From: an uncultured Nitrospiraceae bacterium
Lineage (GTDB): Bacteria > Nitrospirota > Nitrospiria > Nitrospirales > Nitrospiraceae
Reading direction: 5' to 3'
Assembly: GCA_963846575.1 (NCBI GenBank)
Contig: CAWJWJ010000002.1
Coordinates: forward strand, 480,001 to 544,000
Length of the DNA stretch: 64,000 bases
Position 1 is the first letter of the stretch; every line of letters begins with the position of its first letter. Shown one piece after another: positions 49,899 through 60,616 of the stretch. Below the pieces are notes generated by a model that saw only the letters and a program-made list of their open reading frames with translations, did not search any database and was not told the origin of the DNA. The position numbers were made by a program, and so were the translations under genes.

Positions 49899-51161
49899 AT
49901 GTCGAGTGAGGAGCCAGGTTTAAGCGTTAGTCGTGGATGGCGTCTGATCACCACGAGAGACTTCGGGTTGCTCTGGTGGGGACAAACCACCTCCCAGATC
50001 GGTGAAGGTCTTAATAAGGTCGCCCTTCTATGGTTTGTCTATGATCTGACGGACTCGGTCATGAAAATGACCATGGTGGGACTGTTACAGACCATTCCCC
50101 CATTGTTGTTTGGTCCGATGATCGGAGTTTACCTGGATCGCCTGCCCAAGAAGCCGGTGATGGTATGGGTGGATGTGGCTCGTGCGCTTCTGACATTTCT
50201 TATCCCAGCCTTGTATGCGGCGAATCTCCTCTCCATCGAAGTCTTATATGGCCTCATTTTTTTCACGTCCGTGGTATCGACTGCATTCGGTCCCGCCTTG
50301 GTCTCGGCTGTTCCCTTGCTGGTCCGGCCGTCTGAACTCATGTCGGCCAACGCGCTCATTCAAGGCACGAATAATATCGGCATGTTGCTGGGGCCGGCGA
50401 TCAGCGGAATCATGATCGCAATGATCAACGCCGAAAATGTACTGTTCGTCAACTCCGCAACGTTCTTGGTTTCGGCGATCTGCCTAATGCCTATCCGGTT
50501 CTCCCTGCCGCAAGTTCGAGCGGCGGACGGGTCATCGTCGGTGTGGGAGGAGCTGAAAACCGGATTCCGCTTCGTGTTCGGTCAACAATCGATGGTGCTC
50601 ACCCTGGTCATCATTTCCTCCCTGTACAATCTCGGAGTCAGCGCCTTTGTTTTCATACTCCCCGTGTACGCAAAGGAGTTCTTGCAGGTAGGACCGGTGC
50701 AACTGGGGTGGCTCTGGTCCGCCCTCGGGGTGGGAATGTTGGCGGCCTCGACCTGGCTGGCGTGGAAAAAACACAGTGACATGCAGGATCGATTGCGTAT
50801 TGTTGTGGCTGGCATGACGATCGGGGGAATTGCGGTGGGCAGTTTAAGTTTACTCGAGACGCCCTTGGTCGCGGCGGGCGTCGTCATTATTGTGGGCGGC
50901 AGCACGGCTGTGCTTAATCCTATAGTGTGGGCGCTTTTGCAGGAAGTGACGCCGGCCCATCTTATCGGTCGGGTGCTCACGACCTTCAGCGTGGGGTCGA
51001 TGGCCTCTGCCATGGCAGGCATGACGGGCTTCGGATGGATGACGGAGACGGTCGGTCCCGCAGCGAGCTTGATAGGGCTTGGCCTGGTCCTGCTCATCAC
51101 TGCAGGGGTCGCGATGCAATGTACGTACAGCACGAATGGAGTTCGTGTGGCGACCGCGTGA
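49899..51161 (+). CDS. MFS transporter (DHA3-like)
   Basis: RDFGLLWWGQ..SQIG, G.YLDRLPKK; multiple TMs; AGGAGG RBS. Confidence 0.9.
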   Translation: MSSEEPGLSVSRGWRLITTRDFGLLWWGQTTSQIGEGLNKVALLWFVYDLTDSVMKMTMVGLLQTIPPLLFGPMIGVYLDRLPKKPVMVWVDVARALLTFLIPALYAANLLSIEVLYGLIFFTSVVSTAFGPALVSAVPLLVRPSELMSANALIQGTNNIGMLLGPAISGIMIAMINAENVLFVNSATFLVSAICLMPIRFSLPQVRAADGSSSVWEELKTGFRFVFGQQSMVLTLVIISSLYNLGVSAFVFILPVYAKEFLQVGPVQLGWLWSALGVGMLAASTWLAWKKHSDMQDRLRIVVAGMTIGGIAVGSLSLLETPLVAAGVVIIVGGSTAVLNPIVWALLQEVTPAHLIGRVLTTFSVGSMASAMAGMTGFGWMTETVGPAASLIGLGLVLLITAGVAMQCTYSTNGVRVATA

Positions 51162-51250
51162 TGGACCGTAGATACGCATATTCGCCTGCATTGAGGGCGG
51201 GTTATTCAGACCTGCCGGCGGGCAGCCTCTGGCGAATGGAAGGATGATGC

Positions 51251-52573
51251 GTGGCACGCTATCAGGGACCCCCCATTCTGATCGAGCCGGAAAATGCCGC
51301 GGCACTCCATCTTGACCATATGGCCGCACCCCCCAAGGCAACCCATCGATGGCTGCTCACGCGCGATTTCAGTTTGATGTGGTGGAGCCAGGTCCTGTCG
51401 CAGATCGCCGATGGGGTCAGCAAGCTGGCCTTATTGTGGTTTGTGTATGCGATCACCGGCTCGCCGCTCAAGACTACGATGATCGGGCTCCTGCAGACGC
51501 TGCCACCGATTCTCTTCGGGCCGGTGATTGGCGTCATCGTCGACCGCCTCCCGAAGAAAGCGATCCTGATCGGGAGCGACCTGGCGAGGGGGGTCTTAAT
51601 CGGGCTGATACCCTGCTGGGTATCGGTTGAGAACTTCACTGTCGAATCGCTCTATGTGCTCACCTTCCTCTACGGCCTGGCGACTGCGCTATTTGTTCCC
51701 ACGCTCTCCTCCGCCGTGCCATTCATGGTACGCCGGCCGCAATTTACGGCCGCGAACGCGCTCTTACAAAGCACGACCAGCCTGGGGATCATTATCGGAC
51801 CTGCGCTGAGCGGCATCGGGATCGCGTTTTCAGGCTCGCAAGACGTGCTGTGTCTGAACGCCGTGACCTATTTAGCTTCCGCTGCCTGTCTCATACCGAT
51901 TCACTTGCGAGCAACCGAGCCGGCTCAGACCGACTCTGTAGGCGCGGGGCAGTTGGTCCGGCAGTTGCTCGAAGGATTGCGGTACGCGCTCTTCGCCCAC
52001 CGCAACATATTGATTCTCATCGTGCTGGCCTCGATCTATACCTTCGGTACAGGGGCTTTCACGACCCTCTTTCCGGTCTTCGGGCGGCATATGCTTGGCG
52101 TCGGACCGGTCGAGATCGGATACCTGTGGTCTTGGCTCGGTGTGGGTCTGTTTGTCACCTCACTTGGTTTGATTCGGTTGAGCGGTTTGGGCCTTCGTCA
52201 GCGGCTCTCAGCCATCACGGCATCGTCTGCAATCGCAGGATTGTCCGTGATTGCACTCATCTGGACTCAAGATCTGCGTGTAGCGGCACTGCTCATCGCC
52301 TGCGTTGGAATCGGGTTCGGCGCATGGACGCCTATCGCCTGGGGGATTATTCAAGAGGTCGCGCCTCCGGGAATGGTGGGGCGGGTCATGGCTGTTTATA
52401 CGGCAATTGCTACGGCCACTTCGATGGTGGGCATGAGTTTCTTCGGATGGCTGACTGAATCGTTCGGATCGATGGTCAGCGTGATTGGGATTGGCGGGGT
52501 GATGCTGGTCCTGGCATCGGGAAGCGCCTGGTTTGGTCGGCGGATCCCTGATTCCGAAGGGGAGCGAGCGTAG
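51251..52573 (+). CDS. MFS transporter (DHA3-like), paralog of the upstream gene
   Basis: RDFSLMWWSQ..SQIA, GVIVDRLPKK; start codon uncertain. Confidence 0.9.
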   Translation: MARYQGPPILIEPENAAALHLDHMAAPPKATHRWLLTRDFSLMWWSQVLSQIADGVSKLALLWFVYAITGSPLKTTMIGLLQTLPPILFGPVIGVIVDRLPKKAILIGSDLARGVLIGLIPCWVSVENFTVESLYVLTFLYGLATALFVPTLSSAVPFMVRRPQFTAANALLQSTTSLGIIIGPALSGIGIAFSGSQDVLCLNAVTYLASAACLIPIHLRATEPAQTDSVGAGQLVRQLLEGLRYALFAHRNILILIVLASIYTFGTGAFTTLFPVFGRHMLGVGPVEIGYLWSWLGVGLFVTSLGLIRLSGLGLRQRLSAITASSAIAGLSVIALIWTQDLRVAALLIACVGIGFGAWTPIAWGIIQEVAPPGMVGRVMAVYTAIATATSMVGMSFFGWLTESFGSMVSVIGIGGVMLVLASGSAWFGRRIPDSEGERA

Positions 52574-52795
52574 GAGTGGACAGCGCCTTGAACGATCCGA
52601 TGCTACCCGTCAACCCTGTTGGCGGGAATCGTGGTCTGTTTGAGGGACGAGCACCTGAACATGCATGGTGAAATTTGGAGACTCGGATCCTGTGGGGTGC
52701 GAGTACTCCTGTGAAAGCGGGCCGGGAGAGTGGGAGATGCTTGGCCTCCGAACGTTCGTGGCTCTTCGGAGGCCAAGCACTACAGCGTGGCTGTC

Positions 52796-53209
52796 CTAAC
52801 GCTTCCTCGGGTTATCGCGCTCGCAGGTTTCGGTGGCTAACATCCGTTGCCCTGCGGATCCATCCTTCGGAATCCGTGCCATGCAGGCTTCCAGGCTATC
52901 TTCTACACTGCCGGCCGCGACACGGTTGCGAGTCTTCGAGTCGGTTGAGAGAAGTGAAGAACTGATCGCTCCTTCCCGTCGGCAGCTGTCTTCGGCGAGC
53001 ATACGCGTCCCGGGTGTGCCCCCAGCGGGAATACGCGCCAGACAAGCCTGCACCGGGTTTTGGGCAGGCGCAACGGCTTTGGCCGGGGCAGCCGAGGGAG
53101 AGGCCTGTGTGGATCCACTGGTAACCCTCGCCTCATCGGTAGCACAGGCGCTAAGTAGGAACAAGGATAAGGACAAGACAAGAGCACCGGACGACTGCGA
53201 GTACATCAT
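52796..53209 (-). CDS. Lipoprotein with a duplicated two-Cys module
   Basis: Lipobox LSAC; ACLARIPAGGTPGTRMLAEDSC and ACMARIPKDGSAGQRMLATETC. Confidence 0.75.
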   Translation of the reverse strand: MMYSQSSGALVLSLSLFLLSACATDEARVTSGSTQASPSAAPAKAVAPAQNPVQACLARIPAGGTPGTRMLAEDSCRREGAISSSLLSTDSKTRNRVAAGSVEDSLEACMARIPKDGSAGQRMLATETCERDNPRKR

Positions 53210-53289
53210 TGAACGATCCTCCTTGATCAAGACAATGCCGGCACAGTAGCACAAATCGCCCCTGCCTGGAAACACCTCTGCTCGCCGAC

Positions 53290-54660
53290 TTAAGGATTGG
53301 GTCCGGATCCCTGTCCGAGCAGGGCCAGCCGTGAAGGAATTTGGGTCAGCAGGTCTGGGCGAACTTGGAACACACCCGGAATACGCTGGCCGGTAGCGTA
53401 GATTAGGCCGCCGACCTGCTTACCGAGTGCGAGGCGGCCCACGACCCGTCCGTCCTTACCAGTCGCCACAAACTCCGCCACGGGTGACACCAGTCCGTAG
53501 GGCGTGAGGGGACCGGCTTGTTTCAAGACCCGCTCCTCCGCAGGGAGATTAACGATGCGGCTGACAATGAGGTCTGCAATTTCCTGACGGATCTTGTCCG
53601 TCGGCTGATCCTCGAGGACCCATTCGTTCTGTTGGTGAATCAGCACATACTGCTCGTCCCGTGTTTTGATGGACAGCATTGCGATGTCGCCGCTGTCTAC
53701 GCCCAGTAGCCTTTTGTCTTGCAGCGTGAAGAGGTCTTTGGTGAGGTCCTTAATGACAGAAGGGCTGACTTTGTAGATGGGACCGTCGGCGGCCGTCTGG
53801 GCATAGGCTTCCCCGCTGGCCGGGTCCGGCTGATATAGCCGGATGACTTGGTCGTTGCCGGCGGCGTGCAGCGTAATTTTGACCTTGGGCTTGGTGAGGG
53901 ATGAAATCAGTTTCTCACGTTCTGGTCCGGGATCGACAATGGCCAGGGCCTTCAAATCTTCCAGACGGAAAATCAGGGCTTGGATTTGGGTCCGGTCCCC
54001 CTCGGCCTCGATGGGATAACGGATCTTCCATTTCTTTTTTGGTTTTTCATCCTGGGCGTAGAGCACGATTTCCGTGGTCGGATAGGTGAGGCGGAGCCGC
54101 TCCACATCCTGCTGGGCAAACTGCATCAATTCTTTGCGGCGAAGCGAGAGCAGTGTCTTGTTCAGAAAGTCCTTGGGTGCGAGATCAGTCAGGATGACCG
54201 CTTGGTCGGAGGCCCTGAGCACATAGAGACTGGAGGATAAAGGCCCGGCATCACCGATCGACAGCGTTTCCTGCTGAGCGCCGGTCCCCACCGTCACCAC
54301 CGTGAATGGCCGATCGAGGCCGAATGGCGTCAACGACACCGGATGCTCCTCAACGAGTCTCGTAACTTTGCCCGTGACGAGCGCGCGCAGGAGTCCCTGT
54401 ACCTGTCTCTGATCGGCGCTGGTTTGAATGGGCGATGTGATTGCCCATTCCTGAGCTGGTGCCTGCGTCAGGACGACTTCGCCTGATTGACTCCGAACCG
54501 TTATCGTGGTGATTTCCGCCTCCTTGAACGCCAGAATCTGCCTGGCCTCGGTGGCAGTCGTTTCTTGGGTGCGTTGCTCGGGAAACTCGACGAAATAGAG
54601 ATAGAGTCCGAGACTTGCAAACACGCCCGCCAGTAGTACGGTCGGCCAATAGCGACTCAT
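53290..54660 (-). CDS. DUF4340 domain protein
   Basis: N-terminal TM; repeated W.I..P...AD and L..YGL..P motifs; downstream of a GldG-like gene. Confidence 0.8.
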   Translation of the reverse strand: MSRYWPTVLLAGVFASLGLYLYFVEFPEQRTQETTATEARQILAFKEAEITTITVRSQSGEVVLTQAPAQEWAITSPIQTSADQRQVQGLLRALVTGKVTRLVEEHPVSLTPFGLDRPFTVVTVGTGAQQETLSIGDAGPLSSSLYVLRASDQAVILTDLAPKDFLNKTLLSLRRKELMQFAQQDVERLRLTYPTTEIVLYAQDEKPKKKWKIRYPIEAEGDRTQIQALIFRLEDLKALAIVDPGPEREKLISSLTKPKVKITLHAAGNDQVIRLYQPDPASGEAYAQTAADGPIYKVSPSVIKDLTKDLFTLQDKRLLGVDSGDIAMLSIKTRDEQYVLIHQQNEWVLEDQPTDKIRQEIADLIVSRIVNLPAEERVLKQAGPLTPYGLVSPVAEFVATGKDGRVVGRLALGKQVGGLIYATGQRIPGVFQVRPDLLTQIPSRLALLGQGSGPNP

Positions 54661-54664
54661 GGCA

Positions 54665-56194
54665 TTACAAACGACGCCGTTTTCGCCAGACCAGGAGGCC
54701 GCAGAGGACGGTCATCGTGGGCAGGAGAATGACCTGGACGTAAAGCAGAATGCGTTCCTGGAGCGGATTGGGCGTGAAGGGTCGGAACGCAGGATCTTTG
54801 GGCGTAAGAGAAATGATATCCCCTTCTTCCGTGAGCCATCCAACCGTGCGCTGAAAGAAATCGCTGTTCCCGACGAAGTTGATAAACCCGTTGCTGGCGA
54901 ATGAGGAGTTTCCGACGACAACCAAGGCCGGACGGGGTTTGCCTTCTTCAGGAGCTTGTTTCGGAGTCAATGCCGCCGCCAGTGCGAGAGGACCTTGTAT
55001 GTCCTCCTTCTCGGTGTAACTGACGACTCGACCCTTCATGTCAGTCTCGGCCCAACTGCGGGGCGATGTGCGCGCAAGCGGGACATAGTCCCAATCCTTT
55101 CCCTTTTCTTCATGGAAGACCAGATGACGAGCCAGCGGAAACAGGACGGCGGCTGTCAATTCATGGGTAATTTCATGGTCGGTGAAGGTGCGGACCAGAA
55201 GGGCGGTCAGATCGCCTTGTGCCAGTCGATCTTGTAAATCCACCAGCACGCCAGGGCCCAGTTCCATGCCCCAAGTATTCAGCAGATCATCCATGCCGGC
55301 CTGTGTGTCAGGATCCACCAGGACGAGCAGGCGACCACCCTTGGCGACATAGGTTCGAATGCGGTCCTTCTCTTCCTTAGTTACTGCTCGGCGCGGTCCG
55401 GCGATGATCAGTAAGGCCGCATTCTCAGGGACGACGGATTCCTGAAGCAGAGACAATGTACCGATCTCGTATCCCTGTTTTTCCAACACTTCTTTTGTCA
55501 GCGCCAATCCGCCCCGGTCCTTGTCGTCCAGACTCCGCTCACCATGACCCTCCAGGAACAGGATTCTTTTTTTTGTATCCTTGGAGACACGGACGAGAGC
55601 GCCGGTGATTTCCACCTCCGCCGGGGAGGTGATGCGCACCGACTGCGGGCCGCTTTCGAAAATGGCGATGTCGGTCCTCGTGATGCCGTAATTCTGCGCT
55701 ACCTTGGGTTGGCGTTCCGGATCGATGAATTGCACGGTCAGTTTGGAGCTGGCCTGTTTATAACTATCGAAGCGTTCCTTGTAGGCCTGGTAGCCGGGAT
55801 CCTTCTCTCTCGTGAAGACCGTGACACTGACGTCTCGGGTCAGGTTCCGAAGCACGCGATGGGTTTCAGGAGCGAGCGTGTAGTTCTGATTCTCGGAAAA
55901 ATCCCAGCGGGTCGAATGGCGCGTGCCGAGGAAGTTGATGATCGCGAGAATAGCCACAAAGAGGGCAATCATGAGCGCGCTATTCGCGCCAAGACGAGTT
56001 GAGCGTTGGGCGGAGAAAGTCTTCAGGCGGTGGAAATGGTTCGCAAAAAACCAAATGAGGCAGACCAGCGCCGACGCTTCCAGCATCGTGACGAGCCAGA
56101 GCATTCCGGGCACAAGAGAGTAGGCTATCAAGCCGGCCACGGCCAGTCCGATCCCTAGGGCGCCCACGGGAATGGTGCGGCGCGTTACTTCCAT
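54665..56194 (-). CDS. GldG-like ABC transporter auxiliary component
   Basis: RWDFSENQNYTL, FLEGHGE, LIIAGP, GGRLLVLVDP, GN.DF; C-terminal TM + WRKRR. Confidence 0.85.
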   Translation of the reverse strand: MEVTRRTIPVGALGIGLAVAGLIAYSLVPGMLWLVTMLEASALVCLIWFFANHFHRLKTFSAQRSTRLGANSALMIALFVAILAIINFLGTRHSTRWDFSENQNYTLAPETHRVLRNLTRDVSVTVFTREKDPGYQAYKERFDSYKQASSKLTVQFIDPERQPKVAQNYGITRTDIAIFESGPQSVRITSPAEVEITGALVRVSKDTKKRILFLEGHGERSLDDKDRGGLALTKEVLEKQGYEIGTLSLLQESVVPENAALLIIAGPRRAVTKEEKDRIRTYVAKGGRLLVLVDPDTQAGMDDLLNTWGMELGPGVLVDLQDRLAQGDLTALLVRTFTDHEITHELTAAVLFPLARHLVFHEEKGKDWDYVPLARTSPRSWAETDMKGRVVSYTEKEDIQGPLALAAALTPKQAPEEGKPRPALVVVGNSSFASNGFINFVGNSDFFQRTVGWLTEEGDIISLTPKDPAFRPFTPNPLQERILLYVQVILLPTMTVLCGLLVWRKRRRL

Positions 56195-56955
56195 CGGGCA
56201 GAATCCACAACACGCTGGGCGAGGAATAACATCAAGACAGTGCCGCTTCCGTAATAGATCAGGTCTTTGGTGTCGATCAACCCGCGGACGAGATGGTCGA
56301 AGTGTTCCATAAACGATAGATAAGAGACGACATGGCCCGCTGGGGTATCGCCCAGGAGTGAGCCGAGACCGGAGAGGAGCCAGCACATCAGGAGCAGGCC
56401 AAAACTGGTAAAGGCGGCTACGATTTGATTCTCAGTGATGGATGAAGAAAACAAACCCACCGCGAGGAACAACCCTCCGAGGAGTGTCAGCCCCAGATAC
56501 CCGGTCAGGACGGGATACCAGTCGAAATCGCTAAAAAGAGCCAAGGTGAGCGGGACGAGTGCTGTCATTAGCAGCATCCCGAGAAACACAAGATAGACGC
56601 TCACGAACTTTCCGACAATAATGTCGCTGATACGCAGCGGAGCGGTCATCAGGAATTCGAAGGTGCGCAGTTTTCGCTCTTCCGCGAGGAGGCGCATCGT
56701 CAAGATAGGCAGGATCAACAGCAGGACGAATCGCATGCTGGTAAACAGGTTGCGAAACACCAGGTCGTTCAGGTTGATCTGCGCCGTACCACCCTGCATT
56801 TGCATCAATTGAATGGCCTGAGCTCCGGTAAAAACGATATAGAGGTAAGCCAGGAAACCAAAGGTCAGAAGAAAGACTCCGGCCACCACGTACACGATCG
56901 GAGAAACGAAGTAGGAGCGCAGTTCCTTTGCGATTATGGCTTGAACGGGTGTCAT
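56185..56955 (-). CDS. ABC-2 permease (GldF-like)
   Basis: KELRSYFVSPIVY, TMRLLAEERKLRTFEFLMTAP, GKF, GLIDTKDLIYY. Confidence 0.9.
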   Translation of the reverse strand: MTPVQAIIAKELRSYFVSPIVYVVAGVFLLTFGFLAYLYIVFTGAQAIQLMQMQGGTAQINLNDLVFRNLFTSMRFVLLLILPILTMRLLAEERKLRTFEFLMTAPLRISDIIVGKFVSVYLVFLGMLLMTALVPLTLALFSDFDWYPVLTGYLGLTLLGGLFLAVGLFSSSITENQIVAAFTSFGLLLMCWLLSGLGSLLGDTPAGHVVSYLSFMEHFDHLVRGLIDTKDLIYYGSGTVLMLFLAQRVVDSARWK

Positions 56956-57923
56956 CAGTGCTGGTTAATCTCTGTGGTGGGAGCCGGCTGCGACAAGCCG
57001 TCTTCATGTTGAGTGAGCCGGAGGAAGACGTCCTCCAAGGTCATAGAGACCGGCTTCATTTCGAGCAGTCCCCATTCGTGGTTGACGGCGAAACGGGCCA
57101 CTTCTTCTCGGATATCCTTGCCCAGGGCACACTCGATAAGGACCGTCTGAGGATCGGACGTCGTCAGCACGTGTTCCACTCCGGCAACCCCTCGCAACTG
57201 CTCGAGTAGATCGACGGGCGGCGTTTTTACCGTGATACTGATTTTCTCCGACCGCCGTAATCTGGCCGAGAGCTGGTCCGGCGTGTCTTCGGCGACAATG
57301 CGTCCACCGTTGATGATCACCACACGTTGGCAGACTGCTGTGGCCTCGGGAAGTATATGAGTGCTCAAAATGACGGAGTGCGAACCCGCCAGGCTTTTGA
57401 TCAGTTCGCGGATCTCAATAATCTGTTTGGGGTCCAAGCCGACCGTGGGCTCATCCAAAATCAGCACAGGCGGATCGTGGATCAACGCTTGGGCCAGGCC
57501 GACTCGTTGTCGATATCCGCGCGATAAATTGGCGATGAGGCGTTGCCGCACGGATCCTAACGACAGCCGATCCATCACACGATCCATGCCGGCAGTGAGA
57601 CCGGCTCCGCTGAGACCGCGCACCCTCCCGACAAAGGAGAGATACTCAAAGACGGTAAGCTCCTGATACACCGGCGGTGTTTCCGGCAGATACCCGATTC
57701 GTTTCTTGACCTCATCGGATTGGTCCGCACAGTCGAATCCTGCGACATGCGCCGACCCTTCTGTTGCCGGCATGAAGCAGGTGAGAATGCGCATGGTCGT
57801 CGTTTTCCCTGCACCGTTCGGGCCCAGGAACGCCAGCACCTCACCTTTTTCCACGCGAAAGCTCACGCGGTCAATCGCAGTGAGATTCCCATACCGTTTC
57901 GTAATATTGCGAACTTCGATCAT
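56955..57923 (-). CDS. ABC transporter ATP-binding protein (GldA-like)
   Basis: GPNGAGKTT, LSRGYRQRVGLA, ILDEPT, STH. Confidence 0.93.
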   Translation of the reverse strand: MIEVRNITKRYGNLTAIDRVSFRVEKGEVLAFLGPNGAGKTTTMRILTCFMPATEGSAHVAGFDCADQSDEVKKRIGYLPETPPVYQELTVFEYLSFVGRVRGLSGAGLTAGMDRVMDRLSLGSVRQRLIANLSRGYRQRVGLAQALIHDPPVLILDEPTVGLDPKQIIEIRELIKSLAGSHSVILSTHILPEATAVCQRVVIINGGRIVAEDTPDQLSARLRRSEKISITVKTPPVDLLEQLRGVAGVEHVLTTSDPQTVLIECALGKDIREEVARFAVNHEWGLLEMKPVSMTLEDVFLRLTQHEDGLSQPAPTTEINQH

Positions 57924-58153
57924 GCAGTCGAAAGAATGGCTGGACGGGTCTGAGTTCTGCTGTTCGTTGATTAAGACGTGGCGCGGCAAACCGGCGCTGA
58001 TCTTAACGGTCGCTTACGGTCCAGTCAAGAGACGCGTCTCCCTCATTGCCTGGGGGAGGGGGAGGCCTTCGTTTGGCTTTACAGGGTGATTGGTAACTGC
58101 TAAAGTTCCGCGACTTTTCTGTCAGGGTTCGCCAGACGACGGATGAGGTGAGG

Positions 58154-58519
58154 ATGATTCAGTCGCGATCCAGTTTGCTCGGGGCGTTGGTGATTGGCGC
58201 GGTTCTCTGCGTGGTTGCCGCAGGTCTTAGCAGCTTTCTGAGTTCAGTCTATGCTGCCAGCAATACCGTGCATGAATTTAGAGGTACGGTGCGGTCTGTC
58301 AGTCCAGGGGAGACCCCTCCGGTCATCGTCGTTACCAGCCTTTATGGGTCCAAGGAAGAAGTCGTGGTAGGCGCGATCGTCAAGCAAGGCGCCCATGTTT
58401 TGCGCGGGAAAAGAAAGGTCGGCCTTGATCAGATTCATCCGGGGGACGACGTGACCTTGAAATACGTCAAGACCCGTGAGGGTTTGTCCGTTCGATCTAT
58501 TGTGCTCCACCGAAAGTAG
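58154..58519 (+). CDS. Exported OB-fold-like hypothetical protein
   Basis: Signal peptide; LDQIHPGDDVTLKY. Confidence 0.65.
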   Translation: MIQSRSSLLGALVIGAVLCVVAAGLSSFLSSVYAASNTVHEFRGTVRSVSPGETPPVIVVTSLYGSKEEVVVGAIVKQGAHVLRGKRKVGLDQIHPGDDVTLKYVKTREGLSVRSIVLHRK

Positions 58520-58570
58520 ATAGCTAACTGGTCACGCCGTGGTGTGGTCATGAGGAGGAAAAGATATTCT

Positions 58571-59230
58571 ATGATTCGACATGACGGGGCGAAGGGTATG
58601 ACTGCGTCGGTTGTGGTGGGGTTGCTGTTTCTTTGCGGATGTTCAGGAAAAAGCGACGTCATTCCGATGAACCTGAACCCTACGCCTTCTATTATGGATG
58701 GCAGTGCCAGTCAGATGGGGAAGGCGATGTCGGGACCCCGGGTTACAGTCATTCCATTTCAAGATGGGCGGGCTGATCCAAGTAAAGTCGGCAGCAGGAC
58801 TTCATTGTGGGGCGGAGAAAGCTATTTTAATGTCGCGGGTGGCAGTGCAGGAGAGGCAACGGCTCAGGCATTCGTCGATTATTTGAAGGGCAGGGGGTGG
58901 CAGGCTCAATACGCGAAAAGCGAACCGCCCCAGGCAGAAGATGGCCCAGACATTATTTTGTCCGGTAAAATCCTGGATCTAGCAGTCGAGGCGAAAAAGG
59001 GCGTGTTGCTTACGGATATCGAGGCGAAAAGTAAGCTGGTTATTCAGGCAAGCAATCGGCAGGATAACAGTTCTCTGACAAGAACGGATGCGCATTCAGG
59101 TAGTCATGACAATGTGTTGTGGTTTGAACCGCAGGATGGCGAGCAGATTCTTTCCGAAGTGTTGGAAAAGAATTTTGAGCGATTTGTCGTCAACACCAAG
59201 TTTGAGGATCGGGCCATTCGGTTCCGCTAA
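58571..59230 (+). CDS. Putative lipoprotein (YajG-like)
   Basis: Lipobox LCGC; VTVIPFQDGR. Confidence 0.7.
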   Translation: MIRHDGAKGMTASVVVGLLFLCGCSGKSDVIPMNLNPTPSIMDGSASQMGKAMSGPRVTVIPFQDGRADPSKVGSRTSLWGGESYFNVAGGSAGEATAQAFVDYLKGRGWQAQYAKSEPPQAEDGPDIILSGKILDLAVEAKKGVLLTDIEAKSKLVIQASNRQDNSSLTRTDAHSGSHDNVLWFEPQDGEQILSEVLEKNFERFVVNTKFEDRAIRFR

Positions 59231-59562
59231 ACTCTGTCCGTACCCTCGTGGCCAAGGCCTACTCTCAGGTTGTCTTGTTCTAACTGGCCGCTCGGTTCAG
59301 GCCGGGCTATGCACATACGGGACCCGGGCCGATCTGTCCCCCCTCGACCTGAGGCGGCATGTCGTTGTATCACTGGTACATGACATTCGGTGACACGTCG
59401 GCTTAGATCTCAGGGAAGGGCGGATTGTTTGCTCGTATGTAGGGGAGCTTGCCTACCCTAGATGGTATTGTCGCGAAGCGGGATACTCCGTAGCCTGAAA
59501 CTACCTTGTACGACGGCGGTTGGACAGCTCTAGACGTTCAGGCTTACACACGAGGTACTTCC

Positions 59563-60222
59563 ATGAACCAAGCAATCAGAAGCGCTTTTCACGGTAGGAC
59601 TGGATTAGCGGTAGTTCCCATGGCCGCTTGCCTATTCTTGAGTGCTTGTTCTTCCTTGCCGAAGGGCGAACTCCCTCTGGATCTCGGGATCAAGGATCGT
59701 GGAATCGCCTCGTGGTACGGGAAGGAGTTCCATGGGAAGCTCGCTGCGAATGGGGAAGTATTTGATATGATGGCCTATACGGCCGCCCATCGCAAATTAC
59801 CTCTTGGCAGTATCGTGCAGGTCATTAATCTAGAGAATGGAAGATCCGTTCAGGTTCGTATCAACGATCGCGGTCCTTATGTTCCAGGTCGAATGTTGGA
59901 TCTGTCCCAAGCAGCAGCTCGAGAACTTGGCATGGTGGAAGCTGGTACTACTGCTGTGCAGATTGAGGTGATGGCGAACCACCGCGTCGTCGCCCCCGTT
60001 CCCGCTGGGGAGATTTCCGCTGTCGCTGGTATGCTCCTGAACAGAGAGATGCGTCCGGTTAGACAGCGAAGCCGGACGACGGATGGGTTCGAGGTGCCAG
60101 CCGCTCCTGTCCGAATGATGCCTCAAGAGGCATTGTATGTGCGGCGTGAACGCCGTATTGCTAGCATGCTTGCCGCGGATCATACGGCGCACAATACCGT
60201 TCCTGTGTTGATCGTCTCCTAG
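59563..60222 (+). CDS. rlpA: Septal ring lytic transglycosylase RlpA family lipoprotein
   Basis: GIASWYG, ANGEVFD, TAAHRKLP, VRINDRGP, LDLS; lipobox LSAC. Confidence 0.92.
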   Translation: MNQAIRSAFHGRTGLAVVPMAACLFLSACSSLPKGELPLDLGIKDRGIASWYGKEFHGKLAANGEVFDMMAYTAAHRKLPLGSIVQVINLENGRSVQVRINDRGPYVPGRMLDLSQAAARELGMVEAGTTAVQIEVMANHRVVAPVPAGEISAVAGMLLNREMRPVRQRSRTTDGFEVPAAPVRMMPQEALYVRRERRIASMLAADHTAHNTVPVLIVS

Positions 60223-60350
60223 ATAAGGAACGCTACCCGCGTCAGTTGACACTCTCGTAGGCACTTGATTAGACTGCCCTCTTAGGGGGATGACGTTGAC
60301 ATCGTCATTCTGCATTTTTATTGATTTAACTGTTGGAGGCTAAAGGCTGC

Positions 60351-60554
60351 ATGGCAAAGAAACCGACCGGCGAGTCAGATGAAACCCGCCTCAAAAAGAA
60401 AATTTCGGTGCGGCTACAAGATGAGAAAAAACTTTCAGGGGATTCTGCTGCGCGTGCCTTGCGAAAGCGACTCAAGCGAGTGCAGCGTAAACGTCGCGCA
60501 ATCTCTTCGCGAAAGAAACATGCAGCGGGGAGTCAGGCTGAGACCAAAGCCTAG
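60351..60554 (+). CDS. Small highly basic hypothetical protein
   Basis: GGAGG upstream; K/R-rich 67 aa. Confidence 0.6.
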   Translation: MAKKPTGESDETRLKKKISVRLQDEKKLSGDSAARALRKRLKRVQRKRRAISSRKKHAAGSQAETKA

Positions 60555-60616
60555 TCGGATCCTGCTTCGGTCGTGATGACGCTCTCCATTTCCGTGCGTA
60601 ATTAAGGAAGATTGCA

